NCBI GenBank assembly: GCA_963823035.1
Contig: CAWGKG010000025.1
Span: 1 to 64,000 of the forward strand
Direction of reading: 5' to 3'
Origin: an uncultured Gemmatimonadales bacterium
GTDB taxonomy: Bacteria; Gemmatimonadota; Gemmatimonadetes; Longimicrobiales; Gaopeijiaceae
Length of the DNA stretch: 64,000 nt
The position numbers and the translations under genes were made by a program. Positions 14,497-25,394 of this stretch are shown one piece after another. A model generated the notes under the pieces. The model was not told where the DNA came from. It was given only the letters and a program-made list of their open reading frames with translations, and did no database searches. Position 1 is the stretch's first letter, and each line of letters begins with the position of its first letter.

Positions 14497-17376
14497 TCAG
14501 AAGAGGTCGTACTTGAGCCGAACGATCGCGAAGCGGCCGATGGTCGGCACGCCCACGAAGCTGCGGTAGCCCGTGTCGAAGAGGTTCGTCACGGCGAGCT
14601 GGGCCGTGGCGCGGGTGTTGGGGATCTTGTAGCCCAGGTTGAAGTCGACGAGCGTCGCCGAGGCCACGCAGTCCTCCTGGAAGAGCTCGTCCGGCGCACC
14701 TGGGATGCACTTCGTCCCGACGTATCCTGCGGACTCCGCCGGGAATGAGCTCGTGAAGCGCACCCGCGCCTCGGCGTTGAAGCCGGCCACGCACGTTCCG
14801 GTACGCGAGGCCGATGCGTGCCCTTGTCCTTGGGGGCGTTCAGCGCGATCGGATCGACGAGTCCGTGATCTGGAAGTAGTCGTTGTTCACGTGCGAGTAG
14901 GTGGCGTTCAGCGTCCACTCGTCCGTGAGGAACGCCTGGAAGCGCGATGTCCGCGCCCCACAGGTCGATGTCACCCACGTTCACGTACGTGACGATGATG
15001 TCGGCGCCCTGCGTCGCGACCTCGGGCGAGGACACGACGCCGACCGGAACGGAGGCGACGGCCTCCGGCGAGCTGCGGCACGAGGCGCGGCCGCGTCCTG
15101 CTGCGCCCGCTGCTGCGCCTGGTCGAGCGGGCAGCCCGGCGCCGACGTACTGCTGCGTGAGCGCGGTCACGATCGGGACCGTGATGAACGCGCCGATCTG
15201 CGGCCGTCGAGTGTCACGAGCGGCGTGCGCAGCACCAGCGGCGAGACGAAGTCGTTCTTCTTCTCGTAGTACACGTCCGCGGAGATCTTCACGCGGTTCT
15301 GCAGGATCCCCTGCCACCCGACCTCGTACGTCTCGGTGTGGCTCTCCCGGATCCCCGGAACCGCCGGGATACTCGTCGCTGGAGCAGCGGCGTGACGTTG
15401 CTCGTGTGTTCGGGTCGAGGACCATCGACCCCGATGTCGGACGCCGTGGGCGGACAGCGAGCCAGCAGGAGCTGCACCAGCGACGCCGGCAGGGGCGTTC
15501 CCGCGCGCGGCGGCGATCTTGCGCAGCGACCCCGACGGCGCGCCGGCCAGAAGTCACGGCCGTGGTGGCCGGGAGCAGCTGGTCTGGCGCCGCCGGGGTT
15601 GAACGGAGAGCGCATCCCCTTGAGCTGCCGTCGGCGTTCTGGAAGGAGTAGCCGTCCTTCCCGGTTCCGAACGCCCGGATCCGGTAGCCGAGCTCGCCGA
15701 GCGGCGAGGGCGCGGCGCCGCCGGAGATGTCGAGGAAGAAGTTCAGCGACGAGGGAGTCGAGAAGGCGCGGTTGTAGGTGAACCGCAGGCTCTGATCCTC
15801 CGTGGGCTTGAACACCAGCGCCGCCCGCGGCGAGAACACGTTGTGGTCGAGCACGGGAGTGGGAGTCCATCGCGGCCGGCGGCCACGAGGTCGACCTTGG
15901 GCGACAGCGCCGTCTTGGACTGCAGGTAGACGCCCCACTCGTCCATCTTGTCGCTCGTTCTCGTAGGAGCCGTTGATCGTGCCCTCGGTGCGGGGGTCGG
16001 TGTGGAAGTAGTCCACACCGTACGTGAAGTCCTGCCGGCCGTCGCCGAGACCGAAGCCGTGCTGGGCCTGCGCGACGAAGAGCCGGGACTTGTCGACCAG
16101 CGGCACGCCGTCGCGGAGCAGGAAGGTGTCGCCGGCGTCGCTGGTGTTCAGGTAGGTCTGCGCGAAGAAGCGGCCCTTCGTCATGCGGGCCTGGTAGAAG
16201 GCGTAGATCCAGTCGTCGCGTCTGTCCGGCGCCGAGGCCGGTGAGCTCGATTCCCGTAGCGCTGGTGCGCCCGTAGGTGAAGACGGCGGTGCCGTCGTCG
16301 GCGAAGCGGTAGTCGGCGCGCGCCTCGAGGCCGTAGCGGTGCAGGTCGAAGTCCCGCAGCCCGACGCGCTGGCAGGAGTTCGCTGCGCGCTGGCGGCGTC
16401 GAAGCCGCGGATCGCCAGGCGCCGCCTGGCACGCCGGCCGGATTCGGCGAGCGCGGCCTGGCGCGCCGCGGCCTCCGTCGGGTCCGTGTAGTGCCACTCG
16501 TTTCCCTGCACGTACTGCCCGGAGAGCTTGAAGCCGAAGTTGTCGCCGAGCAGGAAGGCGGTGCGGAACGAGCCGTCGTAGACGGAGCGCTCGCCCCCGC
16601 CGAAGGTGACCGTGGTCCCCTGCGACGTGAGCGGCGACTTCGTGAGGATGTGCACCACGCCGTTGGCCGTGTTCGGCCCGTAGAGCGCCGAGCCCGGGCC
16701 CCAGCACCACCTCCATCCGCTCGATGTCCTCGTTGTTGGCGGGGATGAAGTGCATGAGGTTGACGCGCAGCGAGGGCACGCCGGCGAGGCGGTGGTCGGT
16801 CAGCAGGTGGAGGCTACCCGGAGAAGATGTTGTTGAAGCCGCGAACGACCACGTTCGTGGACTGGATCGCCCTCGGTGATGATGTCCACGCCCGGGGCCT
16901 CGCGCAGGTGGTCGGCGATCGTGGTGACCGGCCGCTCCGCGATCTCGGTGGCTCCGACGATGTGCGTCGTGGCGGGGCGTCGACCTGCTTCTCCGCCTGC
17001 CCGCGCGACGAGCTCACGACGAGGCCGTCGAGCGCCAGCGCCATGGACGTGAGCTGGACGTCGTAGGTGGTGGTCTCGCCCGCCGTTGACGCGGATGCCG
17101 TCGAAGCGCGCGGCCCGGTGCCCCACCTCCTCGACCACGATCGAGTACGTTCCCGCGGGGAGCTGGATGCGGAACACGCCCGACTGCGTCGGTCAGGCCC
17201 TCCCGTGGACTGGCCGCCCCCCACCACCTGCACCTGCGCGGTGGAAACGGGCTGGCCCGATCTCGTCGTCCGTCACGCGGCCCGTGAGCGTGCCCTGCTG
17301 CGCGGCCAGGGGGCCGGCGAGGAGCAGCAGGGCCGCGACCAGCCCGCCAAGTGATCCCGTCCGTCTTGGAGCGCAT
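14497..17376 (-). CDS. TonB-dependent outer-membrane receptor with N-terminal carboxypeptidase-regulatory-like domain (many frameshifts)
   Basis: Signal peptide ...LLLLAGPLAAQQGTLTGRV, plug motifs VVVRGFNNIFSG, IERMEVVLGP and GVVHILTK, FSPRAALVFKP, C-terminal TNLFD...RLKYDLF. Confidence 0.85.
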
Positions 17377-17524
17377 CGAAGGAAGCCTCACGCTGGAAGA
17401 AGCGGAGAAACCACCTGCCTTCACGACGCCGCAAAGCTACGCGCCCAAACCCCGGCATCGCAAACGCCCAGGCGGCACGATAGCGGCTCCGGAAGGGGGG
17501 AGGCGTCGACTCGGACCAAAACGT

Positions 17525-18508
17525 ATGATTACCGCCGTGAACATCCTGGCCTTCGACCGGAATCGATTCGAGGAGGCGCGCGCGCGCATCGCCGGCTCCG
17601 TCCATCGCACGCCCCTGCTCCGCTCGCGGACGCTGTCCGAGCGGGTCGGTGCGCCCGTGTATCTCAAGTGCGAGAACCTCCAGAAGACGGGCGCGTTCAA
17701 GGTCCGGGGCGCGCTCCACAGGCTGCTGCGCCTGGACGACGACGAGCGCGCGCGGGGCGTGGTGACGATCTCCGCCGGCAACCACGCGCAGGCGGTGGCC
17801 TGGGCCGCCACGGCCGCCGGCACGCGCGCCGTGGTCGTCATGCCCGAGCACGCCTCTCCGGCGAAAGTGGCAGCCAGCCGCGGGTATGGCGCGGAAGTGA
17901 TCCTGCACGGCAACGCCCGGGAAGCGTTCGAGCGCGCCTTCGTGATCGCCGAAGAGCGCGACATGCGCTTCGTCCATCCCTTCGACGACGAGGAGGTCGT
18001 GGCCGGGCACGGGAGCTGCGCGCTCGAGATCCTCGAGGATCTGCCGGACGTCGGGACGGTGGTGGTGCCCGTCGGGGGCGGTGGCCTGATCTCGGGCATC
18101 GCGGCGGCCGTGGCGACGGTGCGGCCCGGGGTCGACGTATGGGGCGTGGAGCCCACCGGGGCCGACGCGATGCGCCGGAGCCTGGAGGCGGGCGAGGCGG
18201 TCCACCTGGACGCGGTCGACACGATCGCGGACGGCCTCGCCGCCCCGATGGCCGGCGTCCTGAACCATGCGCTCGTGGCGGCGCACGTCCGCGGCATGGT
18301 GGTGGTCTCGGACGCCGAGATCGTGGACGCGATGCGGCTGCTTCTCGAGCGGACGAAGCTCCTGGTCGAGCCGGCCGGTGCCGCCGGCCTGGCCGCTCTC
18401 CTCGAGGGGCGGATCCCCCTCGCGGACGAAGCGCCCGTCGCCGTGGTGCTGAGCGGCGGCAACGTGGACGTGGGGCGCCTCGGCGCCCTCCTGGGCACGG
18501 AGGCCTGA
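17525..18508 (+). CDS. PLP-dependent threonine/serine dehydratase-like (fold type II, no ACT domain)
   Basis: LKCENLQKTGAFKVRGA, SAGNHAQ, PVGGGGL, EPAGA, SGGN. Confidence 0.9.
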   Translation: MITAVNILAFDRNRFEEARARIAGSVHRTPLLRSRTLSERVGAPVYLKCENLQKTGAFKVRGALHRLLRLDDDERARGVVTISAGNHAQAVAWAATAAGTRAVVVMPEHASPAKVAASRGYGAEVILHGNAREAFERAFVIAEERDMRFVHPFDDEEVVAGHGSCALEILEDLPDVGTVVVPVGGGGLISGIAAAVATVRPGVDVWGVEPTGADAMRRSLEAGEAVHLDAVDTIADGLAAPMAGVLNHALVAAHVRGMVVVSDAEIVDAMRLLLERTKLLVEPAGAAGLAALLEGRIPLADEAPVAVVLSGGNVDVGRLGALLGTEA

Positions 18509-18511
18509 GCC

Positions 18512-19289
18512 ATGTGCCGCCTCGTCGCGTACGTGGGTGCGCCGACCCGGGTGGCGCCGCTCGTGTATGGGGGTGGGCATTCACTCTTCCGCCAGAGCTG
18601 GGAGCCGAGGGAGTTGCTGTCGGGGTCGGTGAACGCCGACGGATACGGCGTCGTCTGGTACGCCGACGGAAGCCCGCGACGCATCGCCGAGGTCCGCCCC
18701 ATCTGGCACGACGAGGAGCTCGAAGACACGCTCGAAGCGCTCGAGTCGACGTGCGTGGTCGCGGCGCTGCGCAACGGCACGCCGGGGCTGCCGGTCGACC
18801 GAGCGAGCCTCCTGCCGTTCACCCATCGGCAATGGACGTTCGTCCTCAACGGCTTCGTGCCCGACTTCCGGAAGCGCCACATGCGGGCGCTGCGTGCCTC
18901 GCTTCCCGACCATCTCTACGCCGAGCTGCGCGGGGCCTCCGACGCGGAGACGCTCTTCCTCCTGGCCGTGGCCGCGCTCGAGAACGGCGCCAAGCCGGTG
19001 GAGGCGCTGTGCGCGGCGGCCGGCGCCGTCTCCTCCCGCGTCGGGAAGGACGAGGCGCAGCTCGCGATGCTCCTCGCCGACGGGCGGTCGATCAGCATGG
19101 TCCTGACCTCGACGGTGGCGCGCGCCAACTCCCTCTACCTGGGACGGCGCTGCGGGCTGGCCCCCGGAGGCACCGTGCTCGCCTCGGAGGCGCTCGACGA
19201 CGACGCCGCGCTGGGAGCGCGTCCCGGCGCACTCGGCCGTGACCCTCACCGTCGACGAGGAGGTCGACGTGCGGCCGGTCACGGGCTGA
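18512..19289 (+). CDS. egtC: Class II glutamine amidotransferase-like gamma-glutamyl-hercynylcysteine sulfoxide hydrolase (C-terminal frameshift)
   Basis: N-terminal MCR nucleophile, VNADGYGVVWY, PIWHD, RNGT, DAETLF, ASEALD; located in the egt locus. Confidence 0.85.
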
Positions 19290-19313
19290 CCGGACGGGGG
19301 TCGGCCCCCTCCC

Positions 19314-20567
19314 CTACATCTCGAAGAGGTCGAGGCCGGCGGCCTCGTCTCCCGGATCCCGTGCCTGCGCCGTGAAGCGGCGCCGGAACTCCTCCGCCCG
19401 CTCGAGGCTCTCGCCGCCGACGACCCCGGGACCCAGGGCACGCGCACCCGACAGCGCCAGATCGAAGGCGTCCAGGGCCGCGCACCGTACGTCCTCGGCG
19501 CGCACGCCTTCGCGTCCGGCACGGACGAGGAGACCCTCGTCGGCCCTCGGGAGCGCATCCTCGGTGCTCAGGAGTGCGACCGGATCGTAGAGCAGCCCGA
19601 CCGCGACCACGAGCGGCACGGCGTACCAAGCCGGCCGCAGCCCGTCCACGGAGCGCAGCTCGAGATAGCCGCGGGGGCGCACCTCGGGAAAGAGCGTGGT
19701 CAGGTGCGCCCGCCACCGGGGGAGGTCCGCGCCCTCCTCCCACGCCGCGCGGAACGGCCGGGCCTCCTCCCCCTCCTCCGTACCGAGGAAATCCGCGGCA
19801 CCGAGCGCGAAGGTGAGGTAGTCCCTGCCCGCGTCGTCCGTCTGCCCGAAGACACCGGAGCGCGACGGGTCCAGATGCCGCCACTGCTCGGCGCGCAGCG
19901 AACGCACCGGCAGCGCCTCCTCGTCCGCGGCACCGGGTGAGTTCGCGAAGAGGGCCGTGAGCAGCGGCGCCAGCCGGTTCGCGGCCCACCAGCGTCGCAC
20001 GGGGCGCCCGCCCAGGTCGAGGTTCAGATGGAGGGCCGCGGACAGCACCATCATGCGGCTACCCCACGGACCGATGCGGTCGTAGTGGGCGCGCTGCCGA
20101 CGGTGGCGCTCGGACCCGACCACGAAGGGGACGTCGCGGACGTCGCGTCCGCTGTCCATTCCCCTTGCCAGGAGGGTGATGCCGAGCTCCGCGGCGTCCT
20201 GTGCCAGCGGGCGCAGCGCGCGTTCCGTGGCGGCGATGAGCGGGTCTACCGCATGGAACGGGTCCGTGCTCAGCTCGAGTTGCCCCCCCGGCTCGTAGCT
20301 CAGCACCCCGACGCCGGGGAGACGCGCGTACGGGACCCCGTGCGGGCCCACCTCCACCTTGCCCCGCGTCCGCCCGGCGGCCCGCTCGAGGAGCGCCCGG
20401 GTGCCGACGGGGCTGGACGGCGTCGGGTCGACACCGAGGCGCGCGCCCGTGTCGGACGAGACGGGGATGAGCTCGGCCTCGAGGCCGATGCGCAGGCCCT
20501 CGTCGTCCGCCGTGGACGCTCCGAGCGCCCGCATCACGTCTGCGCGTAGGTCGGCACGCGGTAGCAT
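19314..20567 (-). CDS. egtA: Glutamate-cysteine ligase (GCS2 family), EgtA-like
   Basis: IGLEAE, SYEPGGQLELS, ALHLNLD, LFANSP, HLTTLFPEVRPRGYLELRSVD. Confidence 0.85.
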   Translation of the reverse strand: MLPRADLRADVMRALGASTADDEGLRIGLEAELIPVSSDTGARLGVDPTPSSPVGTRALLERAAGRTRGKVEVGPHGVPYARLPGVGVLSYEPGGQLELSTDPFHAVDPLIAATERALRPLAQDAAELGITLLARGMDSGRDVRDVPFVVGSERHRRQRAHYDRIGPWGSRMMVLSAALHLNLDLGGRPVRRWWAANRLAPLLTALFANSPGAADEEALPVRSLRAEQWRHLDPSRSGVFGQTDDAGRDYLTFALGAADFLGTEEGEEARPFRAAWEEGADLPRWRAHLTTLFPEVRPRGYLELRSVDGLRPAWYAVPLVVAVGLLYDPVALLSTEDALPRADEGLLVRAGREGVRAEDVRCAALDAFDLALSGARALGPGVVGGESLERAEEFRRRFTAQARDPGDEAAGLDLFEM

Positions 20568-20581
20568 GCGCGAGGCCGGGG

Positions 20582-21584
20582 TCAGCAGGCGCGCCTCCCC
20601 AGCACGAGGGCGAAGAAGCCCCGCGGCTCCTCCTTCCAGACGTCCACCACCAGACCCGCCGCGCGGAAGAGCGCGTCGACGGTCGGCCGGTCGTACTTGC
20701 AGCTGATCTCGGTGCGAACGGATTCGCCGGCCGCGAAGCGGACCTCCTCTCCGCCCGCGAAGGTCACGACCTGCGGCGCGTCCGCCACCAGATGCATCTC
20801 GATCCGACCCTCCCCCTCCACCCAGCGCGCCAGGTGGCGGAAGGCTTCGACGTCGAAGTCGGCTCCGAGCTCCCGGTTCAGGACGAGCAGGACGTTGCTG
20901 TTGAAGTCCGCCGTCACGCCCGCGGCGTCGTCGTAGGCCAGCTCCAGCCGCTCCACGCTCTTGGTAGGGCCGGGGCGGAGGTCGGCGCCCATGAGGAAAC
21001 GGTCGCCGGGTCGCATGCGGCTCGAGACACGGCGCAGAAGCCGGATGGCGCCGGGCTCGTCGAAGTTGCCGATCGTGCTCCCCAGGAGGGCGAACCAGGC
21101 GCGTTCGGGCAGCTCGACCGGGAGATCGAACGGCTCGGCCATGTCGGCCACCGCCGGCTCCACCTGGAGGAGCGGGTACTCCGCGCGCAGCCGCTCGGCC
21201 GTTTCGCGCAGGAATTCCCCGCTCACGTCGACAGGCACGAAGAGGCCTCCCGCTTCGCGGGCCTCCATCGCGTCGAGGATGATCCGCGACTTGGCGGCGC
21301 TGCCCGCCCCCAGCTCCACCAGCGCGCCCGGTGCGAAGCGCTGCCACCCAGGCCGGCATCCACCGCTCCAGGAGGGCGCGCTCCATGCGCGTCGGGTAGT
21401 ACTCCTGCAGGGCCGTGATCTCCTCGAACAACGCCGAGCCACGCGCGTCGTAGAAGTACTTGGGCGACAGCTCCTTCTGCGGTCGCGACAGCCCTTCCAG
21501 GACCTCCGCGCGCATGCGCTCCCGCACGTGCGGGTCGGCCGGGAGGATCGTCGCTTCGACGTCGGACATCGGCCGCTCAGACAT
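20582..21584 (-). CDS. egtD: L-histidine N-alpha-methyltransferase (frameshift near 21335)
   Basis: KELSPKYFYDARGSALFEEIT..EYYPTR, VELGAG, PVDVS, LGSTIGNF, AYDDAAGVTA, RIEMHL, RTEISCKY. Confidence 0.93.
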
Positions 21585-22901
21585 CGCGCGCACACCGGAG
21601 GCCGGCGAAGATCTGCCGTCGGATCGGGTAGTCCCAGTTCCGGAAGGTGGCGCGGATCGCGCCCGGACGCGTCGCCCACGAGCCGCCGCGCAACACCTTG
21701 TACTCGTCCCCGAAGAAGGCCTCCGAGTACTCCGGATAGGGGAACGTGCGGTAACCCGGATAGCCGTGGAAGTCGGTCGACGTCCACTCCCACACGTCGC
21801 CGATCATCCCCCAGCAGCCGATCGGCGACACGCCCGCCGGATAGGCCCCCACCGGGGCCGTGTCGAAGAGGAGCTGGTCGAGGTTGCAGAGCCGGGCGTC
21901 CGGCGGCGCGTCGCCCCAGGGGTAGAGCCGCTTCTCCCCGGTTCGGGGGTCCCACGTCGCGGCCGCCTCCCACTCGAACTCGGTGGGGAGGCGCTTCCCC
22001 GCCCAGCGCGCGTACGCGTCCGCCTCCCAGTAGCCCACGTGGCAGACCGGACGACGCGGGTCGAGCGGGCCGTCCGCGTCCATCGCTGCGCACCGCCCAG
22101 CCGGCGCCGTCCCGCCGCCAATGCTTCGGGGCCTCGAGCGCCGCCTCCTGCAGCCAGGCCCAACCCCTGTCGCTCCAGGCGTCCCTCGCGCGATAGCCGC
22201 CGGCCTCGACGAAGGCGCGGTACTCGCCGTTCGTGACGGGATGGGCGTCGATCTCGAAAGGGTCCAGGGCCACGCGGTGCCGGGGACGCTCGTTGTCGTA
22301 GGCCGCCGAGCGGTCGTCCGTGCCGTGCTCGACGTCGCCCCCCGGGAAGCGCACCATCGTACCGGGTTCGGGGGCGATCCCGGAGGCTTCGGGTGCCACG
22401 ATCCCGCGCGGCGCGGGAAAGGCCCTCCCCTGCATGAGCTGGAGCGTCTGCAGGATGGTCTCGTTGTGCTGGTATTCGTGCTGGAGTACCATGCGGAACA
22501 CGAAGCCGTCATGGAGCAGTTCGGTGTCGGCCGCGAGGTCCAGACAGGCGAGGCGGTCGAGGACCGCACGCCGCACCGTCCCCATGTAGGCGTGGCACTC
22601 CCGCGAGGGTCGGAAGGGGGAGCGCGTCGCGCGTCGCGCGCGGATGCTCGAACGGATTGTAGATGCCCCGCAGCCCCTCGGACCCAGCGCTCGCCGACTC
22701 GATGTTCTCCAGCAGCCAGACCTCCTCGAAGTGGGCGATGTGGCCCAGGTCCCAGACGATCGGGCTCATGATCCGGTCGTGCTGTCCGCGCAGCTCGTCC
22801 TCGGTCAGGGCGCTGGTGAGCAGGAGGGTGCGGGCGCGCGCCTCGGCGAGGAGTTCGCCGATACGGCTGCGTGTCAGCGGTTCACCGGGATGGAGGTCCA
22901 T
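21577..22901 (-). CDS. egtB: Ergothioneine sulfoxide synthase EgtB, type I (DinB + FGE-sulfatase domains; frameshifts near 22600 and 22090)
   Basis: MSPIVWDLGHIAHFEE, RATR, QHEYQH, RLPTEFEWE, GDVWEWT, YPEYS, FRNWDYPIRRQIFAG. Confidence 0.92.
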
Positions 22902-23024
22902 GGACGGATTTCGTGCGGGAGGTGGGGAGGCTCGCAAAGTAGACACGACGCAAGTCGGGGGCCACCGGCGAGGGCGCGTATTGCGTAACGATCCGGAGGC
23001 GCCCGTGGTTCCAGGCTCGCGGTC

Positions 23025-23763
23025 GTGACGGAGCACGCCGCGCTCGAGGCGCGAAGGCTCGCGAAGCGGTACGGCTCCGTGCGGGCCCTCGACGGCGTGT
23101 CGCTCGTCGTCGCGCCCGGAGAGACCGTGGCGCTGGTCGGGGAGAGTGGATCCGGCAAGACCACGCTCCTGCGCAGCTTCAACGGCATGGTCCTCCCGGA
23201 CGACGGCTCCGTGTTCGTGGACGGTCGTGCGCTCGCCGAAGCGGACCTGGTGCAGCTTCGCAGAGCGCTGGGCTACGTTCAGCAGGAGGGGGGCCTCCTG
23301 CCCCACTGGTCCGTGCTCCGCAACGCGGGGCTCGTGCCCCGGCTGCAGCGCCAGTCGGATGCCGACGCGCGCGCCCGCGAGGCCCTCGCGCCTCGTCGGC
23401 CTCGACCCCGTCACCTTCGGGAACCGCTGGCCGCGCGAGCTTTCCGGGGGACAGCGCCAGCGGGTGGCCCTCGCGCGGGCGATCGCGGCCGGTCCGCGCA
23501 TCATCCTGCTCGACGAGCCGTTCGGTGCGGTCGACGCGATCACGCGCAGCGAGCTGCAGACCTCCTTCGCGGTGCTGGTGGAGCGTCTGGGCGTCACCGT
23601 GGTGCTCGTGACCCACGACCTGCGCGAGGCGTTCCTCCTCGCGGACCGCGTGGCCGTCATGCAGTCGGGCCGCATCGAGCAGGTCGCCGACCCGGGCACG
23701 CTGCGCCGTGCGCCCGCGACGCCGTACGTGGCCGAGCTCCTCGCGAAGGCCGGGGTGGCATGA
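23025..23763 (+). CDS. ABC transporter ATP-binding subunit, osmoprotectant/betaine type (frameshift near 23390)
   Basis: GESGSGKTT, GYVQQEGGLLPHWSV, ELSGGQRQRV, LLDEPFGAVD, VTHD. Confidence 0.9.
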
Positions 23764-25394
23764 GGCCCGGCGCCCGATGGTGGGCGGGTGTCGCCCTGGG
23801 GGTGGCCGCGGTGGGCATCGTCGGAGCCATCATCCCGGTGCCGCGCGCGGCGGGCCAGGAGCGGCCCGCGTCCGACTCGACGGCCCCCGGCCGGGACAGG
23901 GCGCCCGTGGTGGTCGGCTCCAAGCCGTTCGGGGAATCGTACATGCTGGCCGAGATGTTCGCCCAGCTCCTGGAGGCGCGGGGCATCGCCGTGGATCGCC
24001 GTCTCGGACTGGGGGCCACGGAGATCGTCTTCGGTGCGTTGCGGCGCGGGGCCGTCGACGTCTACCCCGAGTACACGGGGACCGGTCTCCTGGCGATCCT
24101 CGGCGCGACGCCTCCCAAGGAGCGCGCAGCGGCCTTTCGGCAGGTCTCCGAAGCGTTCCGGGCACGCTGGGGGGTGCGCTGGCTCCCGCCGCTCGGCTTC
24201 CAGAACACCTACGCGATCGCGGTCCGACCGGAGACCGCGGACAGCCTGGGCCTGCGTACCCTCTCGGACCTCGCACGCGTCGCCGGGCGGCTTACGGCCG
24301 GCTTCTCCCCGGACTTCATCGGGCGGGCCGACGGCCTCGCGGGGCTGCGCGACGCGTACGGACTCGAGCCGGGCTCGGTGCGCGCGCTCTACCAGGCCGT
24401 GAAGTACCAGGCCCTCGCCGCAGGGGAGGTGGACGTCATCGACGGGTACTCCACCGACGGACAGATCGCTCGCTACGACCTGGTGATCCTCGAGGACGAC
24501 CTCGGCTTCTTCCCGCCGTACGACGCGGCGCCGCTCGTGGGCCGCCGCATCGCGGAGGCGCGGCCGGACGTGGTGGCGGCGCTCACCGAGCTGGGCGGGG
24601 TCCTCGACGAAGGGACCATGCGCGACCTCAACCGTCGGCTCGAGGTCGGTGGCGAGGACGTGGCACGCGTCGCCGCGGACGCTCTGGCCGACCTCGGCCT
24701 CGTGGGCGGGGGCACGTCGACCGGGTCGGGTGCGTCGGCGAGAGGCGCCGGAGGGCCGTCCCGGACCCTCCTGGGCTATCTGTGGGCGCGGCGCGCGGAC
24801 ACGCTTCGCCAGACGTTGCGCCACCTCCTCCTGGTCGCGCTCTCCCTCGTCGCCGGCGTGCTCGTCGCCGTGCCGCTCGGCATCTCGCTGGAGCGTGCGC
24901 CACGCGGAGCGGAGGCGACGATCCGGGCGGTGGGCGTCCTGCAGACGATTCCGAGCATCGCGCTGCTCGCCTTCATGATCCCCGTGCTCGGCATCGGCGT
25001 GCTGCCCGCGGTGGTCGCGCTCTTCCTGTACTCGCTCCTGCCGATGGTGCGCAACGCCTACACGGGCGTGCGCGACGCCGACGCCCAGGCCGTCGAAGCG
25101 GCCCGCGCGCTCGGGATGACCGACCGCCAGCTCCTCGCGCAGGTGCGCCTCCCGCTGGCAGCGCCGGTGATCATGGCGGGGATCCGCACGGCGGCCGTGA
25201 TCGACGTGGGCACGGCCACGCTCGCAGCCTTCATCGGAGCGGGCGGCCTCGGCGACCCGATCGTGTCCGGCCTCGCGCTGTCCGACACGCGCATGATCCT
25301 CTCCGGCGCGATCCCGGCGGCCGTCCTCGCGCTCGCGGTCGACTCCGTGCTGGCGCTCGCGGAGCGGGCGGTGTCCCCGCGCGGGCTCAGGTGA
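23760..25394 (+). CDS. Fused betaine-type substrate-binding domain + permease (OpuBC/EgtU-like)
   Basis: VVGSKPFGE, DVYPEYTGT, GFQNTYA, YSTDG, FFPPY, then permease QTIPSIALL, EAARALGMT, IGAGGLG; ATGA overlap with the ATPase. Confidence 0.9.
   Translation: MRPGARWWAGVALGVAAVGIVGAIIPVPRAAGQERPASDSTAPGRDRAPVVVGSKPFGESYMLAEMFAQLLEARGIAVDRRLGLGATEIVFGALRRGAVDVYPEYTGTGLLAILGATPPKERAAAFRQVSEAFRARWGVRWLPPLGFQNTYAIAVRPETADSLGLRTLSDLARVAGRLTAGFSPDFIGRADGLAGLRDAYGLEPGSVRALYQAVKYQALAAGEVDVIDGYSTDGQIARYDLVILEDDLGFFPPYDAAPLVGRRIAEARPDVVAALTELGGVLDEGTMRDLNRRLEVGGEDVARVAADALADLGLVGGGTSTGSGASARGAGGPSRTLLGYLWARRADTLRQTLRHLLLVALSLVAGVLVAVPLGISLERAPRGAEATIRAVGVLQTIPSIALLAFMIPVLGIGVLPAVVALFLYSLLPMVRNAYTGVRDADAQAVEAARALGMTDRQLLAQVRLPLAAPVIMAGIRTAAVIDVGTATLAAFIGAGGLGDPIVSGLALSDTRMILSGAIPAAVLALAVDSVLALAERAVSPRGLR

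Noticed and set aside
21577..22901. Selenoneine synthase SenA or ovothiol OvoA
   Set aside because: No senB/senC neighbours and no C-terminal methyltransferase; type I EgtB motifs and egtA/egtC are present.
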